Origin: Octopus sinensis
Taxonomy: Eukaryota
DNA length: 30,652 nucleotides
Direction of reading: 5' to 3'
Assembly (NCBI RefSeq): GCF_006345805.1
Contig: NW_021836010.1
Location: 1 to 30,652, forward strand
Part shown: positions 24,540 to 30,652 of the stretch, piece after piece
Position numbering within the stretch: the stretch's first letter is position 1
Layout: every line of letters begins with the position of its first letter
Program-made: the position numbers and the translations under genes
Notes under the pieces: model-generated
Databases searched by the model: none
The model's input: the letters and a program-made list of their open reading frames with translations, nothing else
What the model was told of the DNA's origin: nothing

Positions 24540-26640
24540 TCGATTCGATTAAAGCACAAAAAACGTCTGTAGTTGCATGTATTGACAAGTTTCTGATACT
24601 TCAACTAAAATTCAGTTAAAAAGCAAGAAACAGCATAGGCGTTTTCTCACTCAGATGTCGTTGGATAACCAGTTACGCAAACACACAAGCATGTTAACAG
24701 CATTTGGTTCAAGTGATGAGCGCATCTTGTTAACAATGTAACCAGAAAAGCTAAATAATCATTCACATGGAACCGAAGTAGCTGGTTTGCACAGAACAAT
24801 CTTGGCAAAAAATTCCAATTTCGGATATCGATGTTCATTAAATTTCCATCATTGTAGTGGATCGACTGATTCAGCAACTTTTTTCTCGATTTTATATCGC
24901 TGTATTTCATCAGAAGCGTTTTTGGCATCTTCATCTAAGTCTAAGTCAGACTCCATCGGCTTAATACGTTTTTCATTGGATTTGCATATAGTTTTATTGA
25001 CACTGTCAGTATCATCTTGTGCATTAGTCTTCAACCGATCGTCATTAATATCAACTGCTATTTGTCGTCCTATAAGTAACCACGTTTGTTCTTTTGAATC
25101 ATCTGATTGACACTTCAAGTTTTTATATCGTGTATCAAGTGCTGTTGCAATCTGTAATATTTCAATACTTTTCATGTCAGCTAAACGTTTACTGAAGTCA
25201 TTAACAGATGTTTCTTTGAATCTAACTATATAACTTGGATCACCACCATTTACAGTCATGTACTTTGTGAAAGACATTAACAGTGGCAATACACAGCTAC
25301 ACGACAAATATACTTCCCACCGCCAAGCAGGACCGTGGCTTGACAGAATAAGTCTAAAACGTTGATGTATTTTGAAATCTTTTCCCAATCAGAATCGAAC
25401 AGTTTTGGACCTTTATATTGCTTCTCTTCGTCTGACATGTAGATGGATATTACTTCTCTGGCCTGCAGCAGACTCTGCAGCATTTTAAAAGCACTGTTCC
25501 ATCTTGCTGTAGCTTACGCAATGGTGAATCACTACAATTCTGCAATTCAGTTGTGTGGACAGGGCTATGTTTAAATGTCCTATGATTTTTCGAAACAAAC
25601 ACTGTTTCTGTATCTGCGGCTCCAAATCTATGCAAAATGCTCAACCGCAGGCTATGAGCCAAACACGGAATATGAGCAAAACCAGTTTGATTAACAGCTG
25701 AAACCAAATTTCATGCATTGTCTGTTACTAGAACCTGAATCTTCTTTGTTATATCCCAGTATTTTACAAATTGTTTATATAACTCAGCAACATTGTCAGA
25801 TTAGTGACGTTCAACAACATGCACAAATTCAAGAATAATACTTATTAAATTCCAGTCATCAGCAATCCAATGGCCGATGATTCCGCAATAACCTTCATTA
25901 CTTAAGGATGTCCAAAAGTCAGATGTTAGCGCAATTGCCTTTGAAATTTTCACTGCTTCTTTGCCACTTTCTCTTGTGCTGTTATAAAAATCAGCCAAAA
26001 TTTTATCAATTGCGCGCCGGTAAGGTAGTTTATATTTGGTGTTTTGAAGCGCTGTACGTAATACTTGCTGAAAATCATCAACTTCTACTATCGATATTGG
26101 TCTACCATTATTAGCTATCCAGTTTGCAAGTGATATTTTAATGTCACTTTGCACGGTAGAACTCACCGGATGATCAGACCCACGATAAAACTGACTCAAA
26201 GCAGTCTACTTGAAGGTAGATGAAACTGGCGTTGTATACTGACTAAATGAAGCTGAGGTTTCAAATACCGTAGCTAGTGTTCGTTTTGAAGGTGGTAAAT
26301 AAGTAAGCCATGTGTTAGATCCATTGTATGCGAACGATTTGTCGCAATGAATGCAATAAACGTTATCAGCAGTTTTGATGTTACCGTCAGCCAACAATTT
26401 AAATCCCAAATGTTCATGTAATCGACCTGATGTAGGTTTATATTTCATAACTCGATTCTTCTCCGCCGCCATTTTACTGTTGTTACAATTGCTTCCCGAC
26501 TTCCGGTACATTTATTAACGATGGGTACAAAATTAAATCTGAAAGCGATTAATAAAAATTTAATCGCTAAAACAAAAATATAATCGTTAAAATAAATTAA
26601 CGATTAATAGATTAATTAAGCTTTAAATTCCGCAGCCCTA
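24540..26640 (-). mobile_element. hAT DNA transposon (ZBED1-like), 5' end retained, 3' end apparently lost
   Basis: Minus strand starts TAGGGCTGCGGAATT at 26640, followed by AATCG/CGATT-rich subterminal sequence, upstream of a hAT transposase; no matching TAGGGCTG found on the plus strand near 24.4-24.6 kb. Confidence 0.75.
24651..26472 (-). pseudogene. Inactivated hAT transposase (~600 codons; BED finger, DDE, hATC dimerisation domain)
   Basis: In order: VYCIHCDKSFAY (BED), ALTSDFWTS (D1), VTDNA* (D2), PCLAH (CxxH), WNS, DPLQ*WK..YPKL..PATSVPCE*LFS (hATC, catalytic E); multiple frameshifts and stops. Confidence 0.93.
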
Positions 26641-27246
26641 TTATATATGTGTGTGTGTGTATACATATTTGTATGTACGTTTATACATATATACGCGTAT
26701 GTGAATATAGATACACACACACGCACTCATATAGAGAAAGAGAGAGGCAGAGGCAGAGACAGTTACACAGCCAGGCTGACAGAAAGACAGCCATGCACAC
26801 ACGCTCACACGCACAGACGTGCGTGAGTTTGCGTTCAATAACCTTGCGCTGCATCGTGGCTAGAAACCACGTTGCAGGAATACCATTTGTTAAAATATTC
26901 TTACGCTCTGCACACACATCAGATTCCATGGTGCTGCGAGTTCAGGAGATCTGATCAACCACTTTGGCCGACAATCTTATGCATTCCTACTCAAGCTTAG
27001 TTGTATATTTTGCAGGAGAGAGGTTGAATCTGATATACGTGCCACTTCCCTCCTAACTTGGAAGAAGAAAAATCCTTGCGCTTGCATAGCCTCTATACCT
27101 CACTGGTTTCTACACAATTTGCAGCATCCATATTGCTTTCATTCACAAACTATTGCTTAACGGGAAGCTACTACAGAAAGTATTTCCTCACCGTTCCAAG
27201 TATAAGGATCATTTACGTATCCGAGTTCGTATGCGAATTTCTTATC

Positions 27247-27425
27247 TACGAGGGGGTTCTGAAAAGTTCCTGGCTTAGGGTAAAAGAAAATAGAGGAGAT
27301 AAGTTAACTGTAATTTTATTCAGCATATTCCTCTCTCTGATTCATACATATATTGCAGTAGTCCTTCAATTTTTCTAAGCCCTGTAAAAAAAAAAAACAT
27401 AGAAGTTTGGGCCTTCAACCGGGGC
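27247..27425 (-). mobile_element. Terminal remnant of a second mariner-like family
   Basis: TA|CGAGGGGGTTCTGAAAAGTTCC has the mariner-type TACGAGGG terminus; no partner TIR seen; orientation tentative. Confidence 0.5.
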
Positions 27426-27737
27426 TTTCAAGATAATTTTAAAGCCAAGAATTTCCATCGCTTACGCCTACATTTAGAAGAGAAATACCAAACAGCAATA
27501 CGTACGCAGACAAAAGTAATTAACTTCGTTATCTAATAATCCAAAAGAAATATATTATCACACACAGTCAATGAATTGCAGAAGATACAGTGTCAGAAAG
27601 AAACATTAAATGAATACTCATTATAAAACGGATATAAAGGTTTTAAGAAAGACGATTTAACCAATTTTTATTGCATCAATTACGAGGAGATATTATTTGC
27701 AAGTATATCGAGAAATTGAGCTTATAAATAATATATA

Positions 27738-29026
27738 CGAGGGGCGTTCAATAAGTAATGCCCCTGACCCACTTTCCATAGCAGTAGAGCAACGAAACTT
27801 GGCACAGTTATTAGTCTTTTTCTAAATAGGAACCACCCAGAGTTACGCATTTCTCCCATCGTTTGATGCAGCTCTGGAGACCGTTTTTGTAGAAGACCCC
27901 AGCTTGGTCCTCCAATCACGACGTGACTTCAGAAATCAAGGCTGCATCATCTGGGAAACGCTTTCCTTTCAAAAACAACTTCATGGCTGGGAAGAGGTGA
28001 AAATCAGAGGGTGCAAGGTCAGGAGAGTAGGGGAATGGGGGAGGAGTTCATAGCCGCACGCCTGTGCTTCTGATCTGGCGACACGCGAGTTGTAGACCGG
28101 AGCGTTGTCCTGCAGGAGGAGGATGCCTTTGCTGATCTTGCTCCACCTCTTGATTTTGATAGCTTCTCTTAATTTCCTCCTCAAAGTGAAGCATAATAGG
28201 CTCCTGTAATTGTGGTACCCTTTGCCAGGAAATCTGTCATCACTACTCCGTCCTGGTCCCAGAAGACTGTGAGCATGACCTTGCCAGCGGAGGGCTGCAC
28301 CTTGCCTTCTTTGGAGGAGGTGAGTCACGTGCTTCCACTGCATTGACTGGGCTTTGGTCTCTGGATCATAGTGATGGACTCAGATTTCATCCTGTGTAAT
28401 CAGTCGTTTGAAAAATTTTGACTCATCTTCTTGGCACATCTCCAAATTCATCCTCGAGCACTCGACGCGTTCTTGCTTCTGGAAAGGTGTAAGCAACCTG
28501 GGAATCCGTCTGGCAGACACCTTTTGCATATGCAAATGGTCATGAATGATAGTTTCCACAGACCCGGTACTAAACTTGACCTCATGGGCTATTTGGCGAA
28601 TAGTTATGCGTCGATCTTCCAAAATGGCAGCCTCACTTGACGGACAGATGCCTCATCAATGGCAAGAAGGGGGGCGATCAGATCTGGGAGCTGTTTCCAC
28701 AGAGTTCCATCATGTTTGAATTCACGATGCCAGCGTTTTACAAGGTCATATGATGGGGCATCATCACCATAAGTTACTTTCATTTCATCAAAGTCTCCCG
28801 TAGTGTGCGTCCTTTCAAATACACAAACCGGATCACTGCTCGACACTCAACAGGCTCCATTTCACACTTGACTCAGTTCAAACCCTGTATATCAGAAACC
28901 ACAATTAGTTCAGAGCTGTAATTTGCCACTTAATCTATAGAGATAGAAATAATTGCACATGTAAATTTTCAGCTAGATCAAACAACTGCAAGTGGGTCAG
29001 AGGCATTACTTATTGAACGCCCCTCG
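27738..29026 (-). mobile_element. Full-length (1289 bp) mariner transposon
   Basis: 37-bp TIRs CGAGGGGCGTTCAATAAGTAATGCC(C/T)CTGACCCACTT with one mismatch; TA on both sides (27736-27737, 29027-29028). Confidence 0.97.
27811..28860 (-). pseudogene. Inactivated mariner DD34D transposase
   Basis: MEPVECRAVIRF..RWHREFK (HTH), RIPRLL (WVPxxL variant), TQDEI*VHHYDPE, QDNAPVY, SPDLAPSDFHLFP, RWEKCV; at least four frameshifts and two Trp-to-TGA stops. Confidence 0.95.
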
Positions 29027-29149
29027 TAATTACAAAAGTACAGTGTTCTTATTATATACAATATCGAGTATATTAACACAAAATGCGATAAACGCATGCT
29101 ATCAAATAATGCAATACATTTTGTGCATATCCTTATATTTCTAAGGTAT

Positions 29150-29559
29150 CTCTTTCTCTTTTACTTGTTTCAGTCAATTTGACTGCGGCCATGCTAGAGC
29201 ACCGCCTTTAATCGAGCAACTCGACCCCGGGACTTATTCTTTGTAAGCCCAGTACTTATTCTATCGATCTCTTTTTGCCGAACCGCTAAGTGACTGGGAC
29301 ATAAGCACACCAGCATCGGTTGTCAAGCAATGCTAGGGGGAAAAACACCGACACACAAACATACACACACATACATATATATATATATACATATATACGA
29401 CAGGCTTCTTTCAGTTTCCGTCTACCAAATCCACTCACAAGGCTTTGGTCGGCCCGAGGCTATAGTAGAAGACACTTGCCCAAGGTGCCACGCAGTGGGA
29501 CTGAACCCGGAACCATGTAGTTGGTAAACAAGCTACTTACCACACAGCCACTCCTGCGC
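29150..29559 (-). mobile_element. Family-A tRNA-derived SINE, full length
   Basis: Collinear with the 18525-18943 copy and the reverse complement of 23151-23526. Confidence 0.93.
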
Positions 29560-29623
29560 TTATGTATGTATATAGATTCATTGAAATATCTGTACATTTT
29601 CTCATCGCGTTGTATACGTAACC

Positions 29624-29663
<40 letters not shown>

Positions 29664-29718
29664 AGAAGATGTTGCGTTCGGTGCCCCAACATGGCGAATA
29701 TATATATATATATATATA

Positions 29719-30008
29719 CGTGGCACTCGGTCGGTTACGACGACGAGAGTTCCAGTTGATCCGATCAACGAAACAGCCTGCCCATGGAATTAACGTGCAA
29801 GAGGCTGAACACTCCACTGACACGTGTACCCTTAACGTAGATCTCGGGGAGATTCAGCGAGACACAGATTGTGGCAAGACTGGCTCTTTGAAATACTTGT
29901 ACAACAGAAACAGGAAGAAAGAGGGGGAGAAAGTTGTGGTGAAAAAGCACAGCAAGGTTCGCTACAACCCCTCTGCCGGAGCCTCGTGGAGCTTTAGGTG
30001 TTTTCGCT
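29719..30008 (+). repeat. Unclassified interspersed repeat
   Basis: GC-richer block GTGGCACTCGGTCGGTTACGACGACG...GCCGGAGCCTCGTGGAGCTTTAGGTGTTTTCGCT between (TA)n and (GT)n; recalled as a common octopus repeat, class unknown. Confidence 0.45.
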
Positions 30009-30043
30009 GTGTGTGTGTGTGAGTGTGTGTGTGTGAGTGTGTG

Positions 30044-30074
<31 letters not shown>

Positions 30075-30444
30075 GCAAGAATTTTTGTATTATTTATTCC
30101 ATCTTAGATGTTTCTTTTACCAATAGGTGTTGCATGTAGAGAAACATGTAAGCAATCTTCCAATAGTAATTTTTCAAATAGAGAATTGGAATTGTTGTCC
30201 AGTTTCCTGTCATGCGATACAATAATTATTTTCCAGTTCTTAGCAGCATTCTCCAGTGTGCTCAACTCTGATATGAATCATAACACCTACCGATGTACTT
30301 TGGGTAACAGGAATACGCATTGGTACTTCATGAAGACACAACTTCGATTATAACTGTATATACATACATATACATATGTGCGTATATTATGTGTGCGTAT
30401 ATATATATACGTATACATACATACATACATATATATATATAGTT

Positions 30445-30612
30445 CAAATTTATAGCCAAACAAAGACAAAGAGCAAGTGTATTAGTTTGACGCTCGGGGA
30501 AAATTGGAAAGTCCTTTACGTTTCGAGCCGATGGTTCTTCGCCAGAAAGGAATAAGAGGAAATAGACATAGAATAAAAAGAACGTGTTGGGTTCAGTGCT
30601 CCAACATGGCGA
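30445..30612 (-). mobile_element. Second Penelope-like terminal remnant with a degenerate hammerhead
   Basis: Minus strand TTCCTTT-CTGGCGA-A-GAAC(CATCG)GCTC-GAAACGT-AAAGGAC (30511-30552), followed by CCCGAGCGTCAAACTAATACA shared with the 2150-2345 copy. Confidence 0.55.
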
Positions 30613-30652
30613 ATATATATATGAATATATATGTATATATATATATGTATAT

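Overview
AT-rich, microsatellite-dense eukaryotic genomic DNA. The SINE families present resemble those I recall from octopus genomes, so a cephalopod origin is inferred, not verified. No intact protein-coding gene is recognisable; nearly all listed ORFs are translations of (TA)n, (TACA)n, (GATA)n, (CA)n or (ATC/ATT)n repeats. The window is mostly decayed mobile DNA: one full-length but inactivated 1289-bp mariner with 37-bp TIRs and TA duplications, two further mariner remnants, a near-complete inactivated ZBED1-like hAT transposase, two CR1-like LINE 3' ends, an R4/Dong-like RLE fragment, three tRNA-derived SINE families (one a dimer nested in an older SINE with a 20-bp TSD) and two Penelope-type terminal remnants. 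Most notable: two minimal dimer-type hammerhead ribozyme motifs that both deviate at conserved core position A6, a near-perfect acceptor abutting a near-perfect donor (candidate recursive splice site) at 7994/7995, a weak chain of phase-compatible plus-strand candidate exons, and an unclassified direct-repeat plus fold-back element at 21.15-21.76 kb. The region may be a long intron of a plus-strand gene, but this is unproven.
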